Source of the DNA: Thermodesulfobacteriota bacterium
Lineage (GTDB): Bacteria > Desulfobacterota > Desulfobacteria > Desulfobacterales > SURF-7
DNA length: 64,000 bases
Direction of reading: 5' to 3'
Assembly (NCBI GenBank): GCA_049320885.1
Contig: JBMORA010000009.1
Location: 192,001 to 256,000 of the forward strand
Within the stretch, counting starts at the first letter, position 1. Each line of letters begins with the position of its first letter. Positions 49,489-60,147 of this stretch are shown in pieces. Under the pieces are notes generated by a model that was given only the letters and a program-made list of their open reading frames with translations, searched no databases and was not told the DNA's origin. Position numbers and translations under genes: made by a program.

Positions 49489-49668
49489 TTACTGGTTTTT
49501 TTCCTGTAGCAGGCGCATCAAGGTCTCGGCTTCGGCCGGGGACAGGTCGAATTTCAGGCAGGCCTCTCCCACCAGTTCGCTGATTTTTCTGCCCGGCGCG
49601 TCCTGACGCATTTCGGAAATCCATTTCACCGCTTTGCGGATATCTTCTCCCTCGGGTATGATATTCAT
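49489..49668 (-). CDS. Small 59-aa protein (missed by the ORF track)
   Basis: AAAGGAG RBS; MNIIPEGEDIRKAVKWISEMRQDAPGRKISELVGEACLKFDLSPAEAETLMRLLQEKNQ; fills the gatA-mutL gap. Confidence 0.8.
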   Translation of the reverse strand: MNIIPEGEDIRKAVKWISEMRQDAPGRKISELVGEACLKFDLSPAEAETLMRLLQEKNQ

Positions 49669-49719
49669 GACAACTCCTTTTCAGCCCCTGGTTCAAGCCG
49701 TCCCCGGTTCATGGGGCGG

Positions 49720-51180
49720 TTACAACTTCGGCCGTTTTTTGTGGAAATCCGTCGCTTGTTCAAAATGATAAGCAGCCTTCAGCAAGGTCCCTTCATCAAA
49801 ATGCCGGCCCATGAACTGCAAACCGATGGGCAGGCCCTCCTGGGAAAAACCGCAGGGCACGGACAGGCCGGGGATGCCGGCCAGGTTGGCGGATATGGTA
49901 AATATGTCGGAAAGATACATTGTGAGTGGATCGTCGGTCTTTTCGCCGATGGCGAATGCCGGTGTCGGCGCCACCGGCGACAACAGCAGGTCACAGCTTT
50001 CAAAGGCCTTGCGGAAATCCTCCATGATAAGGGTCCGGACTTGGGAGGCCTTGCCGTAATAAGCATCGTAATATCCGGCGGAGAGGGCATAGGTGCCGAT
50101 AATAATCCGCCGTTGGACTTCCGGCCCGAAACCCGTTGACTTGGTGCGGCGGTACATGCGGATCAGGTCGTCGGCTTCCCGGCTGCGGAATCCGTACCGC
50201 ACGCCGTCGTAACGGGCGAGATTGGAACTGGCCTCGCAGGGTGCGATGACATAATACACCGCCACGGCATAACGGGTATGGGGCAGGGAAACCTCGACAC
50301 ATTCGGCGCCCAACTCCGTCATGGTTGCGACGGCCCGGTCGATGGCGGCCGCCACATCCGCATCCAGTCCCCGGGAGGGTCGATATTCCGCGGGGATGCC
50401 GATTTTCAGACCTTTCAGGCTTCCGCCCAGAAAAGCGGCATAGTCCGGAACGCTTTCCGGCACGGACGTGGAGTCCTGGGGATCGTATCCGCTGATGACA
50501 TTCATCAGCAGGGCGCAGTCCCGTGTATCCTTGGTCAGGGGACCGATCTGGTCCAGGGAGGAGGCAAAAGCCACCAGACCGAAACGGGAGACCCGGCCGT
50601 AGGTCGGTTTCATGCCCACGACGCCGCAGTGGGAGGCGGGCTGCCGGATGGAGCCCCCGGTGTCCGAGCCCAGTGATCCGAGACACATGTCCGCCGCCAC
50701 GGCAGCGGCTGAACCGCCGGAGGAGCCACCGGGAATCCGCTTTGGATTCCATGGATTTCGCGTCAGCTTGAAGCCGGAGTTCTCCGTGGAGGAACCCATG
50801 GCGAATTCATCCATATTGTTTTTCCCCACAAGGACGGCGCCGGCGGATTTCAGCTTCCGGATGACCGTGGCGTCATACGGCGGAACGAAATTTTCCAGGA
50901 TGCGGGAGGCGCAGGTGGTGCGCAACCCCTTGGTGCAGATCAGATCCTTGACGGACAAGGGGATGCCGGTAAGCGGTCCGCCCTGTCCGGCGGCCAGATC
51001 CTTGTCGGCCTGCTGCGCCTGTTGCAGGGCCTCCTCGGCGCAAACGGTCAGGAAGGCGCCGATTCCGGCTTCCACCGCCTCAATCCTTTCCAGCACGGCC
51101 CGGGTCAATTCCACGGCGGAAATATCGCGTTTCCGCAGCATTTCATGGGCCTGGTGGATGGTCAATGCATGCAGTTTCAT
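49720..51180 (-). CDS. gatA: Glu/Asp-tRNA amidotransferase subunit A
   Basis: [37 protein letters not shown]. Confidence 0.97.
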   Translation of the reverse strand: MKLHALTIHQAHEMLRKRDISAVELTRAVLERIEAVEAGIGAFLTVCAEEALQQAQQADKDLAAGQGGPLTGIPLSVKDLICTKGLRTTCASRILENFVPPYDATVIRKLKSAGAVLVGKNNMDEFAMGSSTENSGFKLTRNPWNPKRIPGGSSGGSAAAVAADMCLGSLGSDTGGSIRQPASHCGVVGMKPTYGRVSRFGLVAFASSLDQIGPLTKDTRDCALLMNVISGYDPQDSTSVPESVPDYAAFLGGSLKGLKIGIPAEYRPSRGLDADVAAAIDRAVATMTELGAECVEVSLPHTRYAVAVYYVIAPCEASSNLARYDGVRYGFRSREADDLIRMYRRTKSTGFGPEVQRRIIIGTYALSAGYYDAYYGKASQVRTLIMEDFRKAFESCDLLLSPVAPTPAFAIGEKTDDPLTMYLSDIFTISANLAGIPGLSVPCGFSQEGLPIGLQFMGRHFDEGTLLKAAYHFEQATDFHKKRPKL

Positions 51181-51188
51181 AACTCTCC

Positions 51189-51476
51189 TTATCCGACGAC
51201 TTTGGGCACCACAAAAGCACCTTCTTCCTGTTCCGGTGCATTGGCAAGGGCCGTTTCCCGGTCCAGATGGTCCCGAACCACGTCATCCCGGAAAGCGTTG
51301 GTAAAGGGGATCGCGTGGGATGTACCCGCGATTCCGCCGGTATCGACCTCATTCAGTGTCGCTACATATTCCAGAATGTTTCCGATCTGATCGGCGAATT
51401 TTTCCAGCATTTCATCGGCGATGTCCAGTCTTGCCAGGTCCGCGACATGCCGGACTTCCTCCATTTTGATTTTCAT
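51189..51476 (-). CDS. gatC: Glu/Asp-tRNA amidotransferase subunit C
   Basis: [21 protein letters not shown]...FVVPKV. Confidence 0.95.
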   Translation of the reverse strand: MKIKMEEVRHVADLARLDIADEMLEKFADQIGNILEYVATLNEVDTGGIAGTSHAIPFTNAFRDDVVRDHLDRETALANAPEQEEGAFVVPKVVG

Positions 51477-51515
51477 ATGTTCCTCCGGGAGCAACACCAT
51501 GGGCCGCCCATGCGG

Positions 51516-52277
51516 CTATCGGTTTATCAGCAACGCGCCGGGAAATTCCCTGCGGATGGCCGCCAGCTTGCCGACAGCTTCCTCGCGGTTGCTGAAGCCT
51601 CTGATCCGCACGCGATACCAGTTTTCCTTTTTGGCATTCTGACCGGCGACGATGAAAGCCGGGTACCCGCTTTTTTTCAACCGCAATACCAACTGGTCGG
51701 CAGAGGCCGAATCCCGCGTGGCGGCCACCTGAATAACCTGATTGAAGGTTTCCGGATTGTCAAGGACAGATTTTTTCAGTGAATCGGCAACCGGCTTTTT
51801 CTCAACCGGCAGGGTTTTCGGTTTCGGCTTTATGTCTTTAGCCGCTGTTTTCACTGGTTTTTCTTCTTTTGTCGGCACGACGGGAGCGGCCGCCGTCTCC
51901 GGAGGTTTCGGCGGAGATTTGGGTTGGGAGGGAGCCGGGGGAGGAGGCAGGCTTACCGATGGGTCGATTTTTTCCTCTTTCAGTACATCGTAGAAATCGA
52001 CAGCCGGCCTTTCGGCAAGGGCCTCCGCATCTTCCCGGATGCTTTCCCGTTCCTTTTCCAATACCTGGGATTTCAGGGCGAGCAATTCTTTTTGCAGCCG
52101 GTCCATGTCGAAATGCACCGGAGCCGTTCCACGACCCACCAGGACACCCAGGACAAAGGTCCAGGCGGAAATGAACAGCACGGCCGCCGCCCATCCCGCC
52201 GCCCGTTTCCGGCTGAGCTGCAGAAACGGCTCGTCCTCATCCGGTTGATTTGTTGCTTTGCCGCACGATTGCTTCAT
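51516..52277 (-). CDS. SPOR-domain cell-division protein (FtsN/DedD-like)
   Basis: TM helix, Pro-rich linker, IQVAA...WYRVRI SPOR domain; downstream of argS. Confidence 0.85.
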   Translation of the reverse strand: MKQSCGKATNQPDEDEPFLQLSRKRAAGWAAAVLFISAWTFVLGVLVGRGTAPVHFDMDRLQKELLALKSQVLEKERESIREDAEALAERPAVDFYDVLKEEKIDPSVSLPPPPAPSQPKSPPKPPETAAAPVVPTKEEKPVKTAAKDIKPKPKTLPVEKKPVADSLKKSVLDNPETFNQVIQVAATRDSASADQLVLRLKKSGYPAFIVAGQNAKKENWYRVRIRGFSNREEAVGKLAAIRREFPGALLINR

Positions 52278-52285
52278 GTCCAGCG

Positions 52286-53962
52286 TTACATTTTTTCCGG
52301 TGCGGAAACACCCAACAGCGTCAAACCGTTCCGGATCATTTTTTGAACCGCCAGAACCAGACTGAGCCTGCCGTTTGTCAGCTCCGCATCCTCGGTCAGC
52401 ACCTTGTGTTTGTTGTAATAGGCATGAAATGCCGCAGCGAGCTCCATCAGATAATAGGTGATCCGGTGGGGCTCCAGCAATTCGGCCGCCGTTCGGACGA
52501 CCTCGGGATAATAGCCCAGCTGTTTGATCAAATCAATCTCTTCGGCCGCTTCCAGTCTGGCCAGCGCCGACGGATTCCATTCCACCGGCTGGATATGGTT
52601 TTCCTCGCGGGCCTTGCGGATGATGCTGGCGATCCTGGCGTGGACATACTGCACATAATAGACCGGATTTTCGTTGGTTTTTTTCTTCGCCAACGCCAGA
52701 TCGAAATCCAGCGGACTTTCATAATGCCGGGTCAGAAAAATGAAGCGGGCCGCATCGCGCCCCACTTCCTGGACGACTTCCTGCAGGGTGACGAATTCTC
52801 CCGAACGGGTGGACATGGCCACCGGCATCCCGTCGCGCTGCAGATTGACCAGGTGGACCAGAATAACATGAAACTGGTCTTTCCGTCTGCCGGAAGCCTC
52901 CACGGCGGCGGTGACGCGCTTGATATATCCGTGATGGTCGGCTCCCCAGACATCAATGACCCGTTCGAATCCGCGCTCATACTTGTTTTGATGATAAGCG
53001 ATATCCGAAGCGAAATAGGTCGTCAAACCGTTTTCCCGGACAACCACGCGGTCCTTCTCATCGCCGTATGCGGTGGTCCGGAACCATTTGGCGCCGTCTT
53101 TTCCATAGACCACGCCGCGGGATTCCATATCCTGAAGCACGGCCTGCACCGTCCCGTTATCGTACAAGGACTGCTCGCTGAACCACTGGTCAAAGGTGAC
53201 GCCGAAATCGGTCAGATCCGTCCGGATCCCTTTCAGGATGCTGTCCGCCGCGAACCGGGCGCAATAATCCACCGCGGCTCCGGTTTCCATCCGGAGCAAT
53301 TCCGCCCCTTTTTCCTCCCGGACCTGAGCCGCCAGTTCCCGGATATAGGCCCCCTGATAGCAATCCGCCGGAAAATCCACCTTTTCCCCCAGAAGCTCCC
53401 GGCAGCGCAGGAAAACCGACAGGCCCAGGGTCCGGATCTGGCGTCCGGAATCGTTGATGTAATACTCCCGCTGGACATTGTAGCCGCAAAAGGAAAGAAT
53501 ATTGGCCACCGAATCGCCCACGGCCGCGCCGCGACCATGCCCCACATGGAGGGGGCCGGTGGGATTGGCGCTAACGAATTCCACTTGAATGTTTCTGCCC
53601 GCCCCGATATTCGCGCGTCCGAACTGAATGTCGGCCCGCAGCATTTCCAGCAGCAGGGCATGCCAGGCCGCCGGGCGGATGAAAAAATTGATGAACCCCG
53701 GGCCGGCGATTTCCGTTTTGGCGATGATCCCGGTTTCATCCGGAAGATGGGCCAGCAGGATTTCGGCGATTTTGCGGGGAGGCATTTTCTGGGATGCGGC
53801 CATCTGCATTGCCAGATTGGTGGCGTAATCTCCATGGGCCGCGGATTTCGGCAACTCCACGGTGACTTCCGGGACAGCGGCGGACGGCAGCTGACCGCTT
53901 TTATGGGCGGCCCCGGCCGCCGCATGGATCATCTTTCGTAGTTTCTCTTTCATCTTCGCCAT
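52286..53962 (-). CDS. argS: Arginine-tRNA ligase
   Basis: [33 protein letters not shown]. Confidence 0.98.
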   Translation of the reverse strand: MAKMKEKLRKMIHAAAGAAHKSGQLPSAAVPEVTVELPKSAAHGDYATNLAMQMAASQKMPPRKIAEILLAHLPDETGIIAKTEIAGPGFINFFIRPAAWHALLLEMLRADIQFGRANIGAGRNIQVEFVSANPTGPLHVGHGRGAAVGDSVANILSFCGYNVQREYYINDSGRQIRTLGLSVFLRCRELLGEKVDFPADCYQGAYIRELAAQVREEKGAELLRMETGAAVDYCARFAADSILKGIRTDLTDFGVTFDQWFSEQSLYDNGTVQAVLQDMESRGVVYGKDGAKWFRTTAYGDEKDRVVVRENGLTTYFASDIAYHQNKYERGFERVIDVWGADHHGYIKRVTAAVEASGRRKDQFHVILVHLVNLQRDGMPVAMSTRSGEFVTLQEVVQEVGRDAARFIFLTRHYESPLDFDLALAKKKTNENPVYYVQYVHARIASIIRKAREENHIQPVEWNPSALARLEAAEEIDLIKQLGYYPEVVRTAAELLEPHRITYYLMELAAAFHAYYNKHKVLTEDAELTNGRLSLVLAVQKMIRNGLTLLGVSAPEKM

Positions 53963-54159
53963 AATTCCAGGATAATGAATTCAACCTCCAGCCCTCACCG
54001 CACCCCAAAGGCATCCGTCGCGTATGGACCGGAATTCCAGCCGGGCTTTATCGAAGGCGCTTGTTGAAAAGCGCCTTCCGCTACACGGATGGTGTCATGT
54101 CGGTATGGCAGGGCTTTCCGGATTGGTATGGATCGTGATGGACGAAACGCGGCGTTGGT

Positions 54160-54648
54160 TTATTTCTCCTCATCCTCTGCCAGCAATGCATCGTCGTCGT
54201 CCGCCACGCGCAGGGCCGAGGGAGGAGAGGCGATGGATTTGATGTCGCTTTCCTCCAGGAAATTTTCATCCTCGATTTCGTCTTCCAGCAGGTCATCGAT
54301 TTCAACGGATGTATCCAGTTCATCCAGGAGGGGTTCCCTTTCGATCCGGATTTTGGAAAGGAACTCACTGTCATCAAAGGACATTTCCACCGGTTCCTTG
54401 CCCCCGGACTGCAGAAATGTCCGGACGGCTTCCGCCAGCCGGACGGCGCAATTGCGGGCGGGATAAAAACTGGGTGTTCTGATGGCGGCCAGAAGGGCGA
54501 TATCGTCGTTCTGGGCGGCTTCGATCTTGGACCGGTCAAACACTTCCTCAAAAACCAGTGTCATCATGCCCTTGTCGAGTTCCGCCGATTCCTTGATGCG
54601 GAGCTCGTTTTCATTTTCGCCGTTTAAAATTAAATAATTATGTCTCAT
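54160..54648 (-). CDS. Hypothetical protein with very acidic C-terminus
   Basis: GGAG RBS; D/E-rich tail. Confidence 0.75.
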   Translation of the reverse strand: MRHNYLILNGENENELRIKESAELDKGMMTLVFEEVFDRSKIEAAQNDDIALLAAIRTPSFYPARNCAVRLAEAVRTFLQSGGKEPVEMSFDDSEFLSKIRIEREPLLDELDTSVEIDDLLEDEIEDENFLEESDIKSIASPPSALRVADDDDALLAEDEEK

Positions 54649-54859
54649 TTGGTATCTCCTCGGGCAATCATGCCGAAATATAATGCGCGCCTATTATAGG
54701 AGCTTTTCCTGTTTTTGCAATAATAAAGCAACAAAGCCGCCGATGATGCAACTTGCCGCTGATAAATCCCAAAAAAATCTTGCCTATGGCGTGTTCAAAA
54801 AACTGAAAGGCCCTATTTCAATTGCAGGCAATTCCCCCTGGGGCCGGCTCAAGAAACTA

Positions 54860-54888
54860 TTGACCTTGAGCAATCGGAATGCTATCAA
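54860..54888 (+). promoter_or_regulatory. Putative sigma70 promoter of the tRNA pair
   Basis: TTGACC-N17-TATCAA with extended TG. Confidence 0.5.
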
Positions 54889-54903
54889 CAAAAGTCCATG
54901 TGA

Positions 54904-54991
54904 GGAGGGATGGCCGAGTGGTTGAAGGCGGCGGTCTTGAAAACCGTTGAGTGTCAAAGCTCCGTGGGTTCGAATCCTACTCCCTCCGCCA
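54904..54991 (+). tRNA. tRNA-Ser(TGA)
   Basis: GGAGGGA/TCCCTCC acceptor stem, anticodon loop CT-TGA-AA, long variable arm, GTTCGAATC, GCCA end. Confidence 0.96.
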
Positions 54992-54999
54992 GACTTTGC

Positions 55000-55093
55000 G
55001 GAGAGATGGCCGAGTCGGCTGAAGGCGCTCGCCTGCTAAGCGAGTGTGTGGTGTAAAGCTGCACCGAGGGTTCGAATCCCTCTCTCTCCGCCA
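55000..55093 (+). tRNA. tRNA-Ser(GCT)
   Basis: GGAGAGA/TCTCTCC stem, CTCGC-CT-GCT-AA-GCGAG, long variable arm, GCCA end. Confidence 0.96.
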
Positions 55094-55106
55094 TATCGAT
55101 ACATCC

Positions 55107-55138
55107 GGCCCGGCTCGTTGAGTCGGGCCTTTGTTTTT
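55107..55138 (+). terminator. Intrinsic terminator after the tRNAs
   Basis: GGCCCGGCTC-GTT-GAGTCGGGCC then TTTGTTTTT. Confidence 0.8.
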
Positions 55139-55151
55139 GGGCGGTAGGCGC

Positions 55152-55445
55152 TCAGATGGAAGCGATCTCTTCCATGACGGTGATCTCCGGGTTGCCGTCC
55201 AGGATCCCCAGTATCCGGGTCATGAAGGACTGGAAGTGCGGCGCTGTTGAATGAGCGTCCAGGGCGGCCTTGTCCTTGTAACGCTCCATGACCACCAGGG
55301 TGTTGGGCGTTTTCCTGGCCCGATTCAAGGTATAGCCGAGGGTGCCTTCCTCCCGGGCCACGTTTTGGATCAGTTCCCTGAAAAGTCCGATGGCCTCCTC
55401 CACCTTGCCTTCCTGTATCGGTAACTTCGCAATCAGTCCGAGCAT
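55152..55445 (-). CDS. ABM-family (putative quinol) monooxygenase
   Basis: EEGTLGY, ERYKDKAALDAH...HF. Confidence 0.85.
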   Translation of the reverse strand: MLGLIAKLPIQEGKVEEAIGLFRELIQNVAREEGTLGYTLNRARKTPNTLVVMERYKDKAALDAHSTAPHFQSFMTRILGILDGNPEITVMEEIASI

Positions 55446-55651
55446 AACTATTTCTCCTTATGATAGTGTCCGAATGTGGCGACCCTTGCCCTGTGCCGGG
55501 GCACTGTATCAAGATCCATGGGGCTTGTAAACACGATAGCAGGGCTTTACCGCGGTAAAGATTCCTGATATCCATACATTCTGATTGCTTGGCGCCGGGC
55601 CTTGCGGGATCTGTCAAATAACAAGGGCAACCAAGAATGGGGGAGAACGCC

Positions 55652-56575
55652 ATGAAAGTCGACCGAACCGTCACCACCCGAATCGATCCGGAGCGTTGCA
55701 CCGGATGCGGTCTGTGCATCGAGGTTTGTCCGGAAGAGACCATCAGCCTGCGGAACAAGAAGGCCGTCATTACCGGTGCTTCATCCCTGAATTGCGGACA
55801 CTGCGCTGCGGTTTGTCCCACCGGCGCCATATCGGTCGCCGGCATCGATCCGTCACTGACAAGTTTTAGCTCTTTTTCGTTGCAGGAGAAGTGGCTGCCC
55901 CACGGCCGGCCGGATACAGCCGACCTGGTCCACCTGATGCTCTCCCGGCGTTCCTGCCGGAATTTCAGATCCGATGCGGTCGCTCGTGATTTGTTGGAAG
56001 ACCTCGTGAAAATAGGAGTTACCGCTCCTTCCGGCTCCAACTGTCAGCCGTGGACCTTCACGATTCTGCCGGACCGGGATTCCGTGGATGCCCTGGGAAG
56101 GAGAACCGCGCAGTTTTTTCGCAAGCTGAACCGGATGGCGGAAAAGAGCTGGCTGCGTGCCGCCCTGAGGGTTATGGGCAAACCGGAACTGGAAGAGTAT
56201 TATCAGGCCTATTTCGAGAGCGTTCAGGAAGGTCTGGTGAAATACGACACTGGAAAAAAGGATTTGTTGTTTCACGGCGCCCCGGCCGCCATCATCGTGG
56301 GCGCCAGCCAGGATGCCAGCTGTCCCGCGGAAGACGCCCTGCTGGCCACCCAAAATATTTTGCTGGGTGCCCATAGCCTGGGGCTTGGAACCTGTTTGAT
56401 CGGCTTTGTGGTCGCGGCCATGAAGGCGGACAAGGGGATCGGCCGCTTTCTGGGGCTGCCCCGGGATGAAAAGGCCTACGCGGTGATCGCCGTGGGGTAT
56501 CCTGCCGAAACATACCAACGTGTCGCCGGCCGGAAAAAGGCGCGCATCCGTTTTGTCCGTTTACCGGCCGCCTGA
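55652..56575 (+). CDS. Nitroreductase-family protein with N-terminal 2x[4Fe-4S] domain
   Basis: CTGCGLC..VCP, CGHCAAVCP, RRSCR.F, APSGSNCQPW, GLGTCLIG. Confidence 0.9.
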   Translation: MKVDRTVTTRIDPERCTGCGLCIEVCPEETISLRNKKAVITGASSLNCGHCAAVCPTGAISVAGIDPSLTSFSSFSLQEKWLPHGRPDTADLVHLMLSRRSCRNFRSDAVARDLLEDLVKIGVTAPSGSNCQPWTFTILPDRDSVDALGRRTAQFFRKLNRMAEKSWLRAALRVMGKPELEEYYQAYFESVQEGLVKYDTGKKDLLFHGAPAAIIVGASQDASCPAEDALLATQNILLGAHSLGLGTCLIGFVVAAMKADKGIGRFLGLPRDEKAYAVIAVGYPAETYQRVAGRKKARIRFVRLPAA

Positions 56576-56604
56576 ATATCCGGCCATCCATCGAAAGGCG
56601 GAGG

Positions 56605-57435
56605 TCAATACAATCTTTCGTCGGCCTGGACATCTCCGAACCAGCGCTCAAAGGTCGTATTGTAAAGGGTCCAGGTTAAAAAATTGGAGATTCCCCACTG
56701 GACCGAAAAGGCCTGCTCCGGGCAGCCATTCAAACACCGGTAACACCGGATGCAGGTAGCGGCGATTTCCGGTTTGGGATTGAGGCGGATGCTTTTCGTC
56801 GGACACTCGTTGACGCACCATGCACAGCTGTTGCAGCGATCTCCGGCTTTGGGCATGGGCATGAGGAACCGCATCAGCGGCTCCTTCAGAATTGCGCCCA
56901 TGAAATGGTACAGACCCAACCCATGCCGGAATGCTTCCGGGCGGCTATCCTTCATGGGCCCCGATGAATCCGATGCCAGATGGTTCAACAGGGCCGTGGC
57001 AAATCGCCGGGCCTGTTCCAGATCGGATCGATCGGGGCGGCCCGGAAAACGGCCCACGAGACAAGGAATGGGATAATAACAGGTCCCCCGACATAAAAAC
57101 CCCCCTGCAACTCTGGCGCCTTTGGTTTTCAAGGGGCCGGCCAGATCCCACAACACCCGGCCGGGAGCGCCGCCGGAAGTCGAGAAAACAAAGGCCTTCT
57201 TGCCTTCCAGGGAAGGCAGGCCGCGGAGAAATTCCCGCACCGGCGTCGGCGCCTGGCTTTCAAAACAGGGGGCGCCCACGCCGACAAGATCAGCCGCGGC
57301 AACATCGGCATGGGTGGCCTTCTTGAACGCGATGGTTTTCACGGCATGCCCGGCCTCCTGGCAGACACCGGCGATGGCCTTTGCCACCTTGCGGGTGTTT
57401 CCTGTCTGGGAGAAGCAGACGATATGGATTTTCAC
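56605..57435 (-). CDS. Flavodoxin-fold + [4Fe-4S] protein (EFR1-like)
   Basis: FSQTGNT, CNSCAWC..ECP, CIRCYRC..GCP. Confidence 0.85.
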   Translation of the reverse strand: MKIHIVCFSQTGNTRKVAKAIAGVCQEAGHAVKTIAFKKATHADVAAADLVGVGAPCFESQAPTPVREFLRGLPSLEGKKAFVFSTSGGAPGRVLWDLAGPLKTKGARVAGGFLCRGTCYYPIPCLVGRFPGRPDRSDLEQARRFATALLNHLASDSSGPMKDSRPEAFRHGLGLYHFMGAILKEPLMRFLMPMPKAGDRCNSCAWCVNECPTKSIRLNPKPEIAATCIRCYRCLNGCPEQAFSVQWGISNFLTWTLYNTTFERWFGDVQADERLY

Positions 57436-57464
57436 GGCATCGCTCCTTTCCGTTTTTCAGCCGG

Positions 57465-58004
57465 CTATCCGAGGTGGTTGGCGATGGCCAAAGGCGAGGG
57501 GACATCGCCGATGGTTTTCCCATAGTGAGCCCAGGCGATGGTCTTTTCCCGGGAAACCACAAAAACCGCCGGAAGCTGGGTCTCCCGGCCTTCAAATTTT
57601 CCATGGCGAAACCCGCGCGCGGTTGCCTTGACGGCAGCCACAAGACCGGCCGGATGAAGGTATTTGAAGATTCCGCCGGTTTCGACCCCATACAGCCGGA
57701 AGAGTTCTCCCGTCGGGTCGCAGACGATGGTGAAGGGCCAGTCTTCCGGGTTGGCGTGGATGGCGAGGGTGGCCGGCGGACTCTGCAGGAATACCAAAAC
57801 CTCGGCCTGCTTGCGGTTGAACAGGCCGATCTCCCGCTTCAAATCGGCCATCTCCATCCGGCAGACCGGGCAGCCGAAATATCGCAGAAAAACCAGCACC
57901 GCGGTTTTCCCGGCTGTGGCGGAATAGAAGTTCCGGCTGATGTCCCACGGGGTCTCGAAACGGAAGTCCTCGGCTTTGTCGCCCGGTTTGAGCATCGGTG
58001 CCAT
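57465..58004 (-). CDS. Peroxiredoxin-like (AhpC/TSA) redoxin
   Basis: FLRYFGCPVC, QLPAVFVV. Confidence 0.82.
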   Translation of the reverse strand: MAPMLKPGDKAEDFRFETPWDISRNFYSATAGKTAVLVFLRYFGCPVCRMEMADLKREIGLFNRKQAEVLVFLQSPPATLAIHANPEDWPFTIVCDPTGELFRLYGVETGGIFKYLHPAGLVAAVKATARGFRHGKFEGRETQLPAVFVVSREKTIAWAHYGKTIGDVPSPLAIANHLG

Positions 58005-58077
58005 CTGGGTAACGCCTCCTCTTAATATTTCTTTTTTATCCGATTGGTTATCTCTCTATGACAAAAAATGGACGCTG

Positions 58078-59961
58078 TCAAGGCCGCGGCGCTTCCTCCT
58101 GTTCCAGGAACACCAGCGACCGGATTTGGGTATTCCACAGAAACAGTTTCCGTCCATCCGGCAACCGGCCGCTGAACCCGCAGGGTTTGCATCCCAGGAG
58201 TTTCACCACTTCGCCGTTCCTCATGACCAGGGTTTGCACCATGGGTCGGCCCATTTCCGAGACCGGGTCCCTGGCTTCAAAGCCGTGATCGAGCCGTCGG
58301 ATTTCCTCGAAGGGCAGCAACTTGTATTCCTCCCTGGTGAAAACCCTTCCTAAGATATTCGTCCGGGGGGTTACCCGGTAGGAGCCGGAATAGAAATAGA
58401 TCTGGTGAAGGTCGAACTCCCGGCCCCGGGTATCGGTCAGACGTCCGCGAAACCCCTGCTCTTCGGCGGCTGCGCCAAAAGCCGCAGCGACAACCGGATA
58501 ATCGTCCTTTCCGGATTTGGAGGCCCGGGGGCTGATGCGGGTCTCACCGATTTCCAGCCAGAGAGGGAAGTCCCGGATTTGAAGCCATTCTTCCACATCG
58601 GCGATTTGAAGGGTCGGATGAGGGAAGTAGGTGTCCAGGGACAGCTCATAGGTTCCGGGTTCCAGCTTTCTCATCAGGTCCGGATTGAATTCCTCCCAGC
58701 AGCCTTTCATTCCGCCGCCGATCAGGCCCGGTACATCATCCGGCGGATCGAGAAATCGTTCGTCATCCACAACGTGCAGGGTGATGATGCCGTACAGCAT
58801 TTCCGGCAACAACAGATTCGGAAACCAGGCGCCAACGCCCGCTTTGGTGTTGAAGCCCCATTGGAAGCGGGACAGGTCGATGTTGTTTGTAAAATAGTCG
58901 GGAGAATGATTCCCGGTGAAGCGGAATCCGTCGCGGTTCCGGTCGGTATAGGCCATGCCGCCCTTCAGGCCGGGAAAGTCGCCGTATATTTTCCAGGTCC
59001 AGTCATTGATACCGAAGGTGTTGAACACCCATTTGAGCCGGAACGGAATGGTCAGTTGGACCGGCGTATAGGTGAGGCGCTCATAGTATTCATTGATGGA
59101 AAAAATCGAGGGCGAGGAAAGGTTGAACAGAATGCGGAAATGGTTTTCCACGCGGCGCAGCACGCGTACCGGTCCGTCCTTCCAGCCGATGACCAGGGAT
59201 TTGAAATCCTCCTCGGTTTTATGGATGTGAATGAGATGGAAGAACGCATCCACCGACAGGCGGACCTTGATCCGGTCGAAAAAATCCCGGCCGTTGCCGC
59301 CCGCGGATTCCGGATAGACAATGTCCATGTAGAAAGGAGCGCCCTTCCGGTATTTGAGGCGGTAATAAGCGCTCCGGACGATTTCTTTTTCCGGAAGGTA
59401 TTCCACATAATCGGTCGGGGACATCGGCGGGGCGTTTTCCGGAAAATGAATGAGGTAGATCCAGCCTTTCCGGGAGGCATCCCTGGGATCGCTGACGATG
59501 ATTTCCATCCCCCTGTCGCCCAGTGTTTCCCAGGCAGTCGGAAGCACTTGCCCGCCCGCATCCTTGGCCATCAATACCATCTCGTCGTTGTAATCAAAGC
59601 GGCCCTTGTCAACATCCCGCCCGGACGCTTTGCCGTTTGTCAAAATGAACTCTCCCTCCGGGTCCCGCTCATCAATTTGAAAGGGGATGACCTTGAACCG
59701 ATTTCCGTCGTGGGCGAACAGCCGCAGGTTTTCAATCCGGGTGCCATGGAATTGGGGCAGCAGATCGCCGGGCACCACCAGCGGATCATATCGGCGGGCC
59801 AGGGTTGTGGGGACGAGAAGGATTTCCGGATGACCGCCCGGTCCCGGATCAGAGAGACTTTCCAGAACCATCCCGGGCTCTCCCGCCCCAACCGGCGTGA
59901 TGATGAGTGTCATCATCCAGATCACGGCAGGAAACAAAAGTCTTGTCCGGAAAGCTCCCAT
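58078..59961 (-). CDS. Exported protein of unknown function
   Basis: Signal-peptide-like N-terminus from ATG 59961; long ORF; PFQIDE, DGPVR blocks; C-terminal CKPC. Confidence 0.7.
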   Translation of the reverse strand: MGAFRTRLLFPAVIWMMTLIITPVGAGEPGMVLESLSDPGPGGHPEILLVPTTLARRYDPLVVPGDLLPQFHGTRIENLRLFAHDGNRFKVIPFQIDERDPEGEFILTNGKASGRDVDKGRFDYNDEMVLMAKDAGGQVLPTAWETLGDRGMEIIVSDPRDASRKGWIYLIHFPENAPPMSPTDYVEYLPEKEIVRSAYYRLKYRKGAPFYMDIVYPESAGGNGRDFFDRIKVRLSVDAFFHLIHIHKTEEDFKSLVIGWKDGPVRVLRRVENHFRILFNLSSPSIFSINEYYERLTYTPVQLTIPFRLKWVFNTFGINDWTWKIYGDFPGLKGGMAYTDRNRDGFRFTGNHSPDYFTNNIDLSRFQWGFNTKAGVGAWFPNLLLPEMLYGIITLHVVDDERFLDPPDDVPGLIGGGMKGCWEEFNPDLMRKLEPGTYELSLDTYFPHPTLQIADVEEWLQIRDFPLWLEIGETRISPRASKSGKDDYPVVAAAFGAAAEEQGFRGRLTDTRGREFDLHQIYFYSGSYRVTPRTNILGRVFTREEYKLLPFEEIRRLDHGFEARDPVSEMGRPMVQTLVMRNGEVVKLLGCKPCGFSGRLPDGRKLFLWNTQIRSLVFLEQEEAPRP

Positions 59962-60147
59962 GACTTTGTGATAACACAAAAAACGGAAGATACAAGAATA
60001 AAGATTCAAGCGACATCGGGATGGAGTAATCAGTAAAAACCGCTTCCCCAATCGCACGGTATACGACGGGAGGGTGGGGTCCGGTTGGAAAAAAGCGGTC
60101 GCAAAAGCAACGGCCAAGGCGATGGGGGATATCCGCCTTCCTGTGAA

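Noticed and set aside
49448..49696. 82-aa ORF in the track
   Set aside because: The overlapping 59-aa frame has the RBS and the more protein-like sequence.
49720..51476. gatC-gatA without gatB
   Set aside because: gatB is often encoded separately; absence from the window is uninformative.
54904..55140. tRNA-Ser pair as a genomic-island attachment site
   Set aside because: No integrase and no duplicated tRNA 3' end seen in the window.
60117..60140. GGCGATGGGGGATATCCGCC resembling a fluoride riboswitch start
   Set aside because: Wrong strand and downstream of the crcB unit; the 3' pseudoknot elements are not seen.
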